From Epithemia pelagica (Eukaryota; Protista; Bacillariophyta): a stretch of 64,000 nt of DNA. A program made the translations under genes and the position numbers. Each line of letters opens with the position of its first letter. The stretch's first letter is position 1. The stretch lies in assembly GCA_946965045.2 (NCBI GenBank), contig OX337231.1, positions 3,162,001 to 3,226,000 of the forward strand, in the 5' to 3' direction. This document shows positions 1-10,457 of the stretch, in pieces. A model generated the notes under the pieces. It was given only the letters and a program-made list of their open reading frames with translations. It was not told the DNA's origin and made no database searches.

Positions 1-1139
1 AGAGCCACAATGTCATTCATGACAGAATTGGCGGTAGGGAAACGACCGGCTCCTTGTCCAATATAGGTGGAGGCAATCAAGTTGGACGAGATCACTTCCA
101 CAGCATTCGTCGCTCCACTCACAGTAGCCAACGTGTCTGTACCTGCTACGTAGCACGGGGACACGTAGGCTGCAATTTTGGTGTCACCGACTTCTGTGGC
201 GACCCCGATAAGCTTGATGGTTCCACCCATCATTTTGGCGTATTCAAAGTCTAGCTTGGTCAAATCCGTGATTCCGCGACATGAGATCTCCTCTTCGTCC
301 ACTTCCACACCAAATGCTAAACGCATTAAAATACGCAACTTGGAACGAGCATCGAATCCTCCAACGTCGAGGGTAGGATCAGCTTCCGCGTATCCCAAGC
401 GACTAGCCTCGGCCAATGCATCATCATAGGACATCCCATCTTGGTCCATAGCTGTCAGCATAAAGTTCGTACAACCATTGATAATACCACTAAGCATTGT
501 CACTTGATCGCCAGGGAAGTCCGATTGCATGGAGCGGATAACGGGGATTCCGCCGCAAACAGCCGCCTCAAAGCGGAACTCTACAGGAGTCTCACGTGAA
601 GCGTTCACCTCCGCGAGAATATCTTCAATCTCTTGAAGATGTTTCGCAATCAGAGCTTTGTTGGCAGTCACTACATTCTTGCCCGACTGAATGGCTTTGT
701 ACACAACAGTCTTTGCATCCGTAACGCCTCCCATTACTTCCACGACCGTATCGATCGAGTCGTCGTCCAAAATATCATCGTACTTGTCTGTGATGGCACC
801 CACCATGGAGGTATCAAAATCGCGTGGTTTCTCTAAATCTCGTACACACAACTTGGCCACTTCGATCGAGACACCCGTCATTTCTTCGAGGTAACTGTTT
901 TTCTTTTTCAAAATCTCCAAGATACCCCCACCAACAGTCCCTCCTCCAAAAATTCCCAACCTACATGTGCTGGTGGAAGGCTCTGCCGACAAGGACACAG
1001 ATGAAGTGTCACGAACAGTGTTCCCAACTGATCGTGAGAATGTTACGGGAGCTGTCGACAAGGGCGCGAAACCATGGGCTACATGGCTTGCCGCACTGAT
1101 GGCAAGAAACACCAAAGAGTAGCGTCCAAGCGCAGTCAT
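1..1139 (-). CDS. Homoserine dehydrogenase, plastid-targeted (3' end runs off the window; absent from the supplied ORF track)
   Basis: Manual translation from ATG 1139: MTALGRYSLVFLAISAASHVAHGFAP (signal peptide + F-start transit), Rossmann LGIFGGGTVGGG, VVEVMGG, NVVTANKAL, FEAAVCGGIP, GIINGCTNF, GYAEADPTLDVGGFDARSKL. Confidence 0.93.
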   Translation of the reverse strand, partial: MTALGRYSLVFLAISAASHVAHGFAPLSTAPVTFSRSVGNTVRDTSSVSLSAEPSTSTCRLGIFGGGTVGGGILEILKKKNSYLEEMTGVSIEVAKLCVRDLEKPRDFDTSMVGAITDKYDDILDDDSIDTVVEVMGGVTDAKTVVYKAIQSGKNVVTANKALIAKHLQEIEDILAEVNASRETPVEFRFEAAVCGGIPVIRSMQSDFPGDQVTMLSGIINGCTNFMLTAMDQDGMSYDDALAEASRLGYAEADPTLDVGGFDARSKLRILMRLAFGVEVDEEEISCRGITDLTKLDFEYAKMMGGTIKLIGVATEVGDTKIAAYVSPCYVAGTDTLATVSGATNAVEVISSNLIASTYIGQGAGRFPTANSVMNDIVA

Positions 1140-1699
1140 CTTTGCGAATAGTATAGGGATTGATTGATTCTGTTTCAAACGTTGTATGAATGATGAATGT
1201 AGGGTATCGGTGGTGTCGCATTTATCTCAGCCGTACACTGACATGTGTGAGAAGCGTGAAGTCCAAGATCTTTCCACGCCCCCGATCTTACGGTAAGAGC
1301 GACTTCACTGATCGGGACTCAAGTATCCCAAGTCCCGCGTGGGGTACGTGGTACGTGGTCCCCCATCTAAACTGCACTTTGCGAGCACCTCCCTCAAGAG
1401 CTTTGTTGTCACGTTGGAGGTTCGTTTGCGGTGGATGGAGAGCGGTTGTTTGTCTTCTTGCAATCACGTCCACAACGCATCTCCTCTCATGCCAACCACG
1501 TCCAGCAGTATGGAACATGCACAAACTCATTGAATTCTTCACACTGCCAGAGTCTTCCCCTTCGTCTCATAAAATTGACTGCACACAACAGTTTGGTTGA
1601 CGTGCTCTTCAAATCCATCGACAACAAGCTTTTTCTGCCAGTTTCTTTGTTTCCTGCCACGAGCGCTTGCATTGGTGCTCGACATTCCGTGCGGGTGAA

Positions 1700-3880
1700 A
1701 TGACGGGCTCAGTGGACGGATCAGTCTGGCCTTCCCCAACGTTGATGTCGGCTCTATTATTTGTGGGAGGAAATGCGTTGTGGTACTACGTACAGTCGTC
1801 CCACGACAACGACGAGAACGGAAGCAGCAATGACTCGGACCAAAATGAATGGTCCTTCTATCTACAGAAACGATTTGAACACAGAATGTCCTATTCATCG
1901 TTTCCAATGCCCTCAAAGTCGGAACAGTTCCAGGACCAAAATGCGAATGACAATGGCTATCACATTGATGCAGAGGAACAGCAACAATGTGAAGACGACG
2001 AACCGCATGACGATACAAATGGAAGTAGCCCTCTTTCGACAGTATCCCACTTATCCAACGACTTTTATCCCAAAAATACCAATTGGAATCACTTTGAAGC
2101 ATGTTCAGAAACCAAGGCAAACAAGAAAACAGCATCCAAGAAAAGGGGTGAATGTGCCACGGGGAACATCACTCGTGAGCAAAACATGCTCTCCAACGAG
2201 CAATCCATCGATGGCAGGTCACCAAATCGGTACGAAAGAGAAGCAGGATCCATGTGGATGTCGTTGGAAGGTGATCGTGCAGCTAGTGTTCGAAACATTG
2301 TTTCGGTCGCATCCGCTTCTTCTGCTCATCAACGTCTTTCCGACGACGAAGAAACGACAGATGGTGAAGACTCTCAAGCGTCACGAGATCACTTTGTGTG
2401 GACCGATTCGGAATACAGAGCCTCGTACAATCTTAAAAAGCAACAAATGGCAACTGCTCGCGACCAGTCAGAGGGACTTGCTCTTCCCGTCATCCTATCG
2501 GAGCGAAACGTGACTTTGGACCAGTCTTTGCCGACAAGCGGCTTGACTACACCGGCCTTTTCTATGCCTAGTTCCGTGGAAGGAAGCATCTCTGGTGATG
2601 ACAAACAACAACTTGATATCGATAGCAACATGGCAGTGCCGGAGAAAACTTTGTTGGGAGCTGACAAACCTGGTTCACATTCAACGGCTTCGTCTCCTCC
2701 CTTGGCCCTTTCAACCGGAACGAGTACGGACACAGATCGAGTTGCTAACACCCGTCAGCACGACCATACCCTTCAGGACGGGTCCACAGGTCCTACTCTT
2801 CCCAAGATTGTTCCCAAAGCTATGACCGGGAGCGTGAGTACCAAGCCATCCTCACTCATCCCGGCTAATGGCCAAAAGCTCCCTTCCCGAGCTTCTTCTG
2901 AACCTCATTCAAGCAGCATGAAAACCTCGGTCGGGAATCGATTGTTTCAACGGGCTCAATCTGGGCCCTCAGCTCGGACACGTGTCCCCGTTTCAGAACA
3001 TCGTGCTAATTACAACGCTCGAATCATGCCTCATAAACTGATCCTCATTCGACACGGACAATCCATGGGGAACATTGATGAGACAATGTACAGTACCACT
3101 CCTGATAATGCTATTCCTCTTACGAAACTCGGATGGCAGCAAGCCCGAGCGGCAGGACAGCGCTTGAAGCAAGTCCTCAATGGATCCGGAGACGTTCATT
3201 TTATCGTTTCTCCATATGTTCGCACTGTGGAGACGTTTCATGGCATTGTGTCGGCCTGGTCAGACCCGGAAAAAGATTTCAATCACCTTCAAGATCCGCT
3301 CGAACGACGCAAGGCGTGGTATGGAGAACTTGTCAAACAGGGGCTTTCGTGGTCGGAAGACCCCAGAATTCGTGAACAAGATTTTGGAAATCTTCAAGAT
3401 CCGGTCAAGATCAAGGCAGCCAAGAAAGAGCGTAATCAATTTGGGGCATTTTACTATCGGTTCGCACATGGTGAATCCGGTGCAGACGTGTTTGATCGGA
3501 TCAGCACGTTCTTGGATTCCCTGTGGAGATCGTTTGATGCTCATCCGAGTCGAAACTTTGTCTTGGTCACTCATGGCATTTCCATCCGGGTGCTCCTTGC
3601 ACGATACTTTCGATACACGATCGATCAATTTCATCTTCTTTCGAATCCTCGCAATTGTGAAATGGTTGTCCTGACTCATGATGGACACGGAAGACTTCAA
3701 ATGGCCGGCCGACATGAACTGGAGATGACCCAGGCCACCGGACCAACGGTAAATGGCGATGGCCTAGCTATGCGCTACAAATACAGGAAGCGTTTGCGGG
3801 TGCTTCCTCCGGACCACATTCGACGAGTTCGGATTCGAATCTGCTCTAGCGAATACGAAGCAGAAGATGATGACGAGTAA
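1700..3880 (+). CDS. Histidine phosphatase / phosphoglycerate-mutase-like protein with N-terminal hydrophobic anchor and long disordered region
   Basis: LILIRHGQS (RHG motif), SPYVRT, EDPRIREQDFG, GESGADV, LVTHG; first ATG at 1700 within ORF 1667..3880. Confidence 0.85.
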   Translation: MTGSVDGSVWPSPTLMSALLFVGGNALWYYVQSSHDNDENGSSNDSDQNEWSFYLQKRFEHRMSYSSFPMPSKSEQFQDQNANDNGYHIDAEEQQQCEDDEPHDDTNGSSPLSTVSHLSNDFYPKNTNWNHFEACSETKANKKTASKKRGECATGNITREQNMLSNEQSIDGRSPNRYEREAGSMWMSLEGDRAASVRNIVSVASASSAHQRLSDDEETTDGEDSQASRDHFVWTDSEYRASYNLKKQQMATARDQSEGLALPVILSERNVTLDQSLPTSGLTTPAFSMPSSVEGSISGDDKQQLDIDSNMAVPEKTLLGADKPGSHSTASSPPLALSTGTSTDTDRVANTRQHDHTLQDGSTGPTLPKIVPKAMTGSVSTKPSSLIPANGQKLPSRASSEPHSSSMKTSVGNRLFQRAQSGPSARTRVPVSEHRANYNARIMPHKLILIRHGQSMGNIDETMYSTTPDNAIPLTKLGWQQARAAGQRLKQVLNGSGDVHFIVSPYVRTVETFHGIVSAWSDPEKDFNHLQDPLERRKAWYGELVKQGLSWSEDPRIREQDFGNLQDPVKIKAAKKERNQFGAFYYRFAHGESGADVFDRISTFLDSLWRSFDAHPSRNFVLVTHGISIRVLLARYFRYTIDQFHLLSNPRNCEMVVLTHDGHGRLQMAGRHELEMTQATGPTVNGDGLAMRYKYRKRLRVLPPDHIRRVRIRICSSEYEAEDDDE

Positions 3881-4001
3881 ATCGTTGGCCGGAAAGTCGC
3901 ACCCGGACGGTTCACAATCACAATAGACTTGTATTCTACAAAACGACGTCAATTCAGGGGAATGGCGATGACAAATAAACTCACTGTGTCTAGTAAAAAA
4001 T

Positions 4002-6680
4002 TTATGATCGAATCCAGCCAAGATCTTCTTCCTTCTTTTTGTGTTCTTCGAAAGCATCGTTGAGAATATCCCAAAGCAGCTTGATTAGGAAAGACTGGTC
4101 GGCTGTCAAGTCACTTGGCAACTTGTCAGGATGCAAGAAGAAACGTAGCTTACGCACGGTCTTGTTCAATTTGTCGTCGTCGATGCGGTTTTGTGGTGCT
4201 CCAGTAGAAATGTCACTGAATTGGACGACCTTCCACTTCTTGAAATAGTCGTGCCCAGCCACTCCAAAACTTGGAGGGAACACGGTATGAACAGTTGTGA
4301 GCAATGCTTCAACGGGCTTTAAAGCCTGAAGCATAGGCGGTTGCAACGCCCAGTGGACCAGCAGTCCATGCTTAATTTGCTGATTTGCGGCAGCACCGTC
4401 AGACTCCGCATTAGCCATTTTTGCGTACTTTTGACTGATTGGGGATTGAGGTGCTTCCTGTCGAGGTGGTGGGGGAGCCTGTTGTGAATGAGGTTGTTGT
4501 GCATGAGGAGTTCTTGGTTGTTGAGGATGCTGTTGCTGTTGATGGGCACCGTAGAAACTCCCAGGATGCTGCTGTTGCGCATACTGCTGTTGATGGTGCT
4601 GAGCATGCGAAGGAGGAGTACGTTGTTGCTGCTGTCCAGGGTGATGGAAATGCTGTTGTTGCTGTTGTTGGTACGCATGTTGCTGTTGCGCATATCCGTG
4701 GGGCGGTGGTCCATGAGGAGGATGTTGTGGTTGTGGGCGCTGTTGTTGTTGAGGAGGAGGACGATGGGGATGTTGTTGCTGCGCATGTTGCTGGTGCGGG
4801 GGCGGTGCATGAGCATGCCACTGCGGTTGTTGTGGTGCCGAGCCATTGGCGTGTGCCCATTGTTCCGCTTGTCGTCGTCGACGGAGCTCTTCTTCTCTCA
4901 TGCGTGCTTCTTGTTCTTCCTTGAGGCGTTGCTGACGTGCAGCTTCCTCCTGCTGTTCTTGCCACAATCTCTGTTGTCGTCCATACTCTTCTTGTTGCTT
5001 TCGCATTTGTTCTTGACGTTCCTTTTCTTGCATCTCTGCCATACGTCGTCGGTGTTCTGCTTCTTCGCGTTCTCGTCGCTCATTTTCCAGACGAATTCGT
5101 TCTTCCTCCTCTCGTCGTTTTCGTTCCGATTCTTGTTGCTGTCGAACGCGTTCAGCTATTCGTTGTCGGTGTACTTCTTCGTCTGCGGCACGACGGGCAG
5201 CTTCTGCTGCCGCTGCTTCTTCTTCCTTCTCATGACGTACTCGCTCGGCCTCTTCTTTCAACCGAGCAGCTTCTTCGGCTTGTTTCATACGTTGTTCTTC
5301 GGCGGCAGAGGCGTCCGCTTTGCGTTGTTGCTCGGCAGCTTTCTCTTCGGCGGCGGCCGCTGCTCTACGCTGTTGTTCTTCATTGACACGACGTTCATGA
5401 TCCATTCGCTCTTTTTCAACTCGAAGTCGTTCCAGTTCTTCTTGTTGCTTTCGCTTAAAATTTTCACTTGGACTATCGGCTTGAGAGGCCATGATGCGAT
5501 CAACGACAGTTTCCAGTTCCTTTCGTTCCATGCCTGCTGTTTGCACACCGGCTCCATGAGCAATGGCCCGGAGTTCTTTAATCGATCGATGCGGTGGCGG
5601 GTGATCAGCGCTTTTCTTTTCCTCTTCGTCAAAAGGATAGTGACTGGGATTGTTTTTCTTGTCCTCAGCCCTGTCTTTGTTCTTGCCCTTTGGAGAGTGG
5701 TCTCTCTTTGCTCCCTTTTTCTCATTCGAAGATGTGGTGGCAGCTTCCGAGTCTGCCGACGATCCTTTGACATGCTTACTGCTCTTTACTTTTTTTAACC
5801 GTTTTCCTTCTTTGGTTGCCGTCAAAATCTCCACCCAACTCTTGGCAGCTTCAGAGTCTTTGGGGCAACGAAAGACAAACTCGTCTTGTAAATTAAATAC
5901 TTTGAGAGCAAACCGATTATCTGCACTGTAATCGAAATGAGTGACTTCTTCAATCCACTTGACTGGGATTTGATGCAAGGCTTCCAATTCCTTTTGGTTT
6001 TGGGCATTGACAATTTGTCGTTGAATCCACAGGGTGGTTTCTTCTCCCTTCTTTCGCCCTTCCACCAAGGATGCGAGAACCTCTTTCCAAGTGGATCGGA
6101 GCCTTGAACGACGTTGCTGTTCAATCCATCCACTGGCCAAGAGGGCAGATTTAGGATTGGTGGCACGCTGAAATTCCGCTCGTCCAGCAAGCACTTTGAC
6201 GCCTGCTGTCTTTTCTTCTTTGGGCGATATCGATTTTGAATCCTCCTGTTGCTTGATGGAAGTGTCATCATTGATGCCAGGAATGACAGGGAAGGAGAAA
6301 AAGCTCGAGCCAGACTTTTTGTTATTTTCCGCATTGCTGGCTTCCTGCAATTCGGCCTTGACTCGATTGGCATTCTTGCGACTGGTTTCCGCCTTTTGTT
6401 CGGTTGTCGTTGGACCAGATGGGTCCATCATTTCACCCAGCATGGCACTCATCGTAGGAGCCGGTTTGTTGACTGTATTCGACGCCGGATTGCTGCTATT
6501 GTCAGTCCCATTGGACGACGCAGATGGCCCATTTTCCATGTACAACAAAAATGCCTCCAATGTTCGAGTCAACACTGGGTCGTCGCGTTTTCCTTGTTTC
6601 ACCAGTTCGGCAGACTCCATCAACAGCGCCGCCAAATCATTTTTCTGATGGTTTTTGCTTCCCCGCCAGAAATCACCCAT
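4002..6680 (-). CDS. Auxilin-like C-terminal J-domain protein with PH-like domain, coiled coil and Q/H-rich region
   Basis: C-terminal LRFFLHPDKL (HPD) J-domain; PH-like SGWIEQQRR...FVFRCPKDSEAAKSWVEIL; E/R/Q coiled coil; first ATG 6680. Confidence 0.75.
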   Translation of the reverse strand: MGDFWRGSKNHQKNDLAALLMESAELVKQGKRDDPVLTRTLEAFLLYMENGPSASSNGTDNSSNPASNTVNKPAPTMSAMLGEMMDPSGPTTTEQKAETSRKNANRVKAELQEASNAENNKKSGSSFFSFPVIPGINDDTSIKQQEDSKSISPKEEKTAGVKVLAGRAEFQRATNPKSALLASGWIEQQRRSRLRSTWKEVLASLVEGRKKGEETTLWIQRQIVNAQNQKELEALHQIPVKWIEEVTHFDYSADNRFALKVFNLQDEFVFRCPKDSEAAKSWVEILTATKEGKRLKKVKSSKHVKGSSADSEAATTSSNEKKGAKRDHSPKGKNKDRAEDKKNNPSHYPFDEEEKKSADHPPPHRSIKELRAIAHGAGVQTAGMERKELETVVDRIMASQADSPSENFKRKQQEELERLRVEKERMDHERRVNEEQQRRAAAAAEEKAAEQQRKADASAAEEQRMKQAEEAARLKEEAERVRHEKEEEAAAAEAARRAADEEVHRQRIAERVRQQQESERKRREEEERIRLENERREREEAEHRRRMAEMQEKERQEQMRKQQEEYGRQQRLWQEQQEEAARQQRLKEEQEARMREEELRRRRQAEQWAHANGSAPQQPQWHAHAPPPHQQHAQQQHPHRPPPQQQQRPQPQHPPHGPPPHGYAQQQHAYQQQQQQHFHHPGQQQQRTPPSHAQHHQQQYAQQQHPGSFYGAHQQQQHPQQPRTPHAQQPHSQQAPPPPRQEAPQSPISQKYAKMANAESDGAAANQQIKHGLLVHWALQPPMLQALKPVEALLTTVHTVFPPSFGVAGHDYFKKWKVVQFSDISTGAPQNRIDDDKLNKTVRKLRFFLHPDKLPSDLTADQSFLIKLLWDILNDAFEEHKKKEEDLGWIRS

Positions 6681-7691
6681 TTTGTAGGATGAAACCAGTT
6701 GCACCAATTACAACCACAAAAGCTTAAAATTCAGGCGCAGCCACCTTTTCTCGCAGACAGTTGAAACACGACGGAAGCGGTGATCCAAGAATCGATTTTC
6801 AAAACAGTTCACGATTATGAACAACTTGGAATTCAAAAAGCGAGATGTCTTGGACCGATTGAATCCCTCGTTGAGGCGTCGTCCTTTGCCTTTTTCTTGC
6901 CCCTCTGTTGGACTCTCTGCTTGGTCGAGCGACCGCGAAAGTTGTTGAGCACACACGCAATAAAAACACACGACAAACGACGAATCGAACGGAACGAAGA
7001 ACTGATTGCAAGAGCTCTCGCGTGTCGTTCGATGGATCGTATAAACCGAGAAAGAGAGGTTATCCTACGACAATAGAACAGTCTAAGTCTCAAAGTCTCA
7101 AGGCGTTGGTGGTCTCGAGTGAATGTGTGTGTTTGTTCTTGTTTACTTCGGCAGCTATCGCCTGCCACGCTCTCGGCAGGTTCCTTCCACAAATTCCAAG
7201 TCCCTTTTGTGGAACGCGGATCCAACTCCGCTCCATTTGCGCACCACGCGCGAAACAGCTACATTATTTTCCTGCGCGGGACTAAAAATGACGCTCAATA
7301 CTATTATTACTAGAGGCAACCTGACGGTTTGGCGCATGAGTCACGCCGTAATTCCTGAGTCACGACCATGTTGCCCTTTTTCAATTTTAAGCAGCGGAAT
7401 AGACAGAGCTCGATGAGCTCTATCTGCTGATAATATTTGTTTTGAAAAAGATCAACACCCGGTCGAGTTATTCAGGATTTTCTGGATTTCTGGATTCAGG
7501 GAGCTGGGGTAATCCTGAGCAGCTCGCTGTCATGCCAGGCAAAGTCTGACTACAAAGCAGAACACGACCAGAACGCTTAATCGATGTACTATGGCATAAA
7601 CTATGAACATGGACAAATAGAGAACTAATAGAAAGATTTAGGCCCACCACCACCCGGTTTTTGCAACCGCCCCAAATCATACTACATTAAT

Positions 7692-8763
7692 TTACAGACG
7701 CACCATCTTGTGTTTCATGCCACCTTCAAACTTGGCGTCCGGCTCATGTAGGGAAATCAACAACGCTCTGAATCCGTTTGTTGTGTCGTACATAAATTCG
7801 TAGTCGAACCTGCTTTGGACCATGAAAGGAAGAGAAAGAGAAAACTTTGACCTGACAAAGTCTGTTTCTCTTTTTCGCATCTGATTCATGGCGTCTTCCA
7901 AAGCAAGTTTCATTCGTAGGTTTTTCTCCTCGACATGCCACTCTCTGTGCATGTGTTGGGTTAGATAATGGATATGAGTTGCGTTGTCAGGCCAAATTAC
8001 CTTCACATGTACCTGTAGCTGGCTCGGATCCACTTCAATCAAGCAATTTGTTGTGTCTTCATGTGCAATACCTGTAGGCAACACCACCAAAATCACCAAA
8101 TGACGCTGTTTCTTGTCGTCGACCCACTGTGTCAAGACATGAGGAGGCTCCCAATTCCTCATCATTTCATTACCACTGTCTTCTTCATTTGTCTTTTTCC
8201 TCTTTTGTTGTAGTTGTACCTGTAGTGTCTCCTGTAATGGCATGGATCCTGCCGCCCTTTTCTTCACCATAGCATCGTCACTGACAACAGACTCAGGAGC
8301 GACCTTGGCAGCAACACCTGGTCATAAAAGACAATAAACCACAACAGGTAAGGACAGTGACTCAACAATCAAACAAACAGTGTACACTGGCACTTACCTT
8401 GTCCTTTGGACGACCCAAACAAAGAAGGAGCTGGTTTGAGATCTCCATCATTGGGGTTCCTTACCTTTCCATCCATAGATGGGGCCGTCTCACCACCACC
8501 CAACAACTCATGACCAGTCTCTCTCTCATGTTGATCCTTCAAGTGGACTTGGTATTTTTTTTGGCTTTGTTGAGTGCCGACCTGAATGATTCCAATTTGT
8601 ACTTTTGGAAAACAGCGTGTTCCAACCACACAGATTTGGGTGTGGCGCTCTCCAGAATCAAGCCTTCTGACACGATTTTGTCAAGGAATTCGGCATCTTT
8701 CGACTTTGAATCCCACGAAAGTAGGGCACCCTCACCCAAAGTGTTGCGGCCAGACCTGGTCAT
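7692..8763 (-). CDS. Transposon accessory protein (about 330 aa if one base is restored): Myb/trihelix-like N-terminus + HSP20/alpha-crystallin-like C-terminus; one frameshift at an A8 run
   Basis: ATG 8763; ORFs 8539..8835 and 8369..8629 join with one extra A at the T8 run 8555-8562; GTAAGT...CAG intron 8318-8397 splices in frame into ORF 7692..8270 (exons 366+626=992 nt, 993 with one added base). Confidence 0.65.
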
Positions 8764-8956
8764 CGGAGTATAGGTACTATTAGTACGTAAAACAAAAGCG
8801 CGAGGGAGTGCAAAACCAGACTGGTCTGTTCGCACGAAAACTAATTATGACCCTAAAAACAGTTCACCAAAATCCGGATTGGGTCGGTTTTCATCATGGA
8901 CTCCATTTTTCAATCGAGGAGGCCATGCCCAATTTGGCTCCAATTCTGAAAGTAGT

Positions 8957-9178
8957 GCGACCCACGTATTGCCCTTACCTTGGGTCAACCGTGGGTCGTT
9001 CGTCCAAGTGAATTGGGCACTTATAAGGTGTCCTGGGTCGGTTTTAAAAAACGAGCTGGGTCGATTTTTTCGAGCCAGGTCGTTTTTTCAAAACCGACCC
9101 AGGACACTTTCTAGTGGTTCAAATGATATAATCAAGCGACCCACAGTTAACCCAAGATCAGGGCAATATGTGGGTCGC
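8957..9178. repeat. 222-bp nested imperfect palindrome inside the inner transposon
   Basis: Outer arms 8957-9000 / 9135-9178 match 38/44 as inverted repeats; inner arms 9028-9064 / 9070-9107 match 35/38 around a T5 loop; many GACCCA/TGGGTC units. Confidence 0.9.
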
Positions 9179-9518
9179 TTAAGATGTAGAAAGTAATAGG
9201 ATGTTGGCGAGGTAGGGCCATTCAGAAATTCCAGTTTTTGAATGAAAACGATTTTTGAATCGATTTCTGCACCGTTCCAGGCCGGTTCCAATGACCGGAC
9301 ACGAATTCGAATTGGTCACTATATGTAGAACAGTACAAAGTTTAGTGTCACTGCTCAACTGACCAGCCAATCAAATGAACGTGATGAAATTCCAAAAAAC
9401 CTGTTCCAATGAACTGACAGTACAACACACAGACAGACCGAGATCAGAGTAAAGGTGTGGTCAGCATCGCGACACACACTGAGCAAACATAAATTTTCCA
9501 AAGCGGTTTTCTCCCACC

Positions 9519-10457
9519 ATGTTGGTGACACAACGAACATTCATCAACTTGGCTCTGCCAATGCTTGGTAGAGCAAGACACTCACACTCACTTGATTTCT
9601 CACGTGCTTTTCGTTCTTACTTTGGAATGTCTCCTTTGCTCTGTGTTCATGTGTGGGATGAACTGGACAGTTCATTGCCCAAAGGTGCATCGCCTCGTCA
9701 TTTGTTGTGGACACTGGCTCTTCTGAAAGTCTATGCTACAGAGGATGTTATGGTCTCAATAGCCAAAACAATGAGGAAGACCTACAGGAAGTGGGTCAAA
9801 GTGTTTGTAAATTTGTTGTATAGTGGTCTTAATTATGTAAGTACATGGCCCTACATGAATTTGCCATGAAGTTGTCCTCCTCATATCTCACCATTGCTGT
9901 TGTTCTTATAACAGATTGTATGGGACAATAGGGTTGATTGTTGTGTACCTGGACAGGTCTGTTTCATTAGTTTGGATGGTACTGACTTCAGGATTTTGGA
10001 GCCGTCACCTTTTGATCCAAAATGGTACTCGCACAAGTTCAAGGGAGCAGGTGTGAGGTATGAGGTGGGAATCTGCCTGAAAACTGGCTGGATAGTGTGG
10101 TGGAATGGTGCATTCCCTTATGGCGCTTGGCCAGACCTACGGATTGCCAGAGACTGGCTTGTTCAAGAGCTACTACCGAATGAGAAAGTGATTGCTGATG
10201 GTGGTTACAACGATTCTGGATGCTACTTTGTCACACCTACTGGAAGAAATGACTATCAAGACAAGATGATGGCTGATGCCAGGGCAAGACATGAAACTGT
10301 CAACAATTTACTGAAACATTACAATATCTTAAAGGAGAAATACAGAGGAGATCTGGATGGGCATCACAAGGTGTTTGGAGCAGTGGTGAATCTGGTTCAG
10401 ATGAAGATTGAAAATGGTGAGGCGAAAGTGTTTCAGATGGAAGTGGAAGATGACTAG
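9519..10457 (+). CDS. DDE (DDE_Tnp_4 / HARBI1-like) transposase, 286 aa, join(9519..9836,9915..10457)
   Basis: CCACCATG start; phase-0 intron GTAAGT...ACAG 9837-9914 joins the two ORFs in frame; motifs SLDGTDF, WYSHKF, RYEVGIC, IADGGY, RARHETVN; N-terminal HTH-like region. Confidence 0.9.

Noticed and set aside
4319-5798. Several long overlapping ORFs (up to 436 aa) on both strands
   Set aside because: Shadow frames of the CAG/CAA- and GAA-rich coiled-coil and Q/H region of the J-domain gene; the translations are low-complexity L/V/F or T/A runs.
8957-9178. Independent third-level MITE
   Set aside because: No target-site duplication at its boundaries; kept only as a palindrome.
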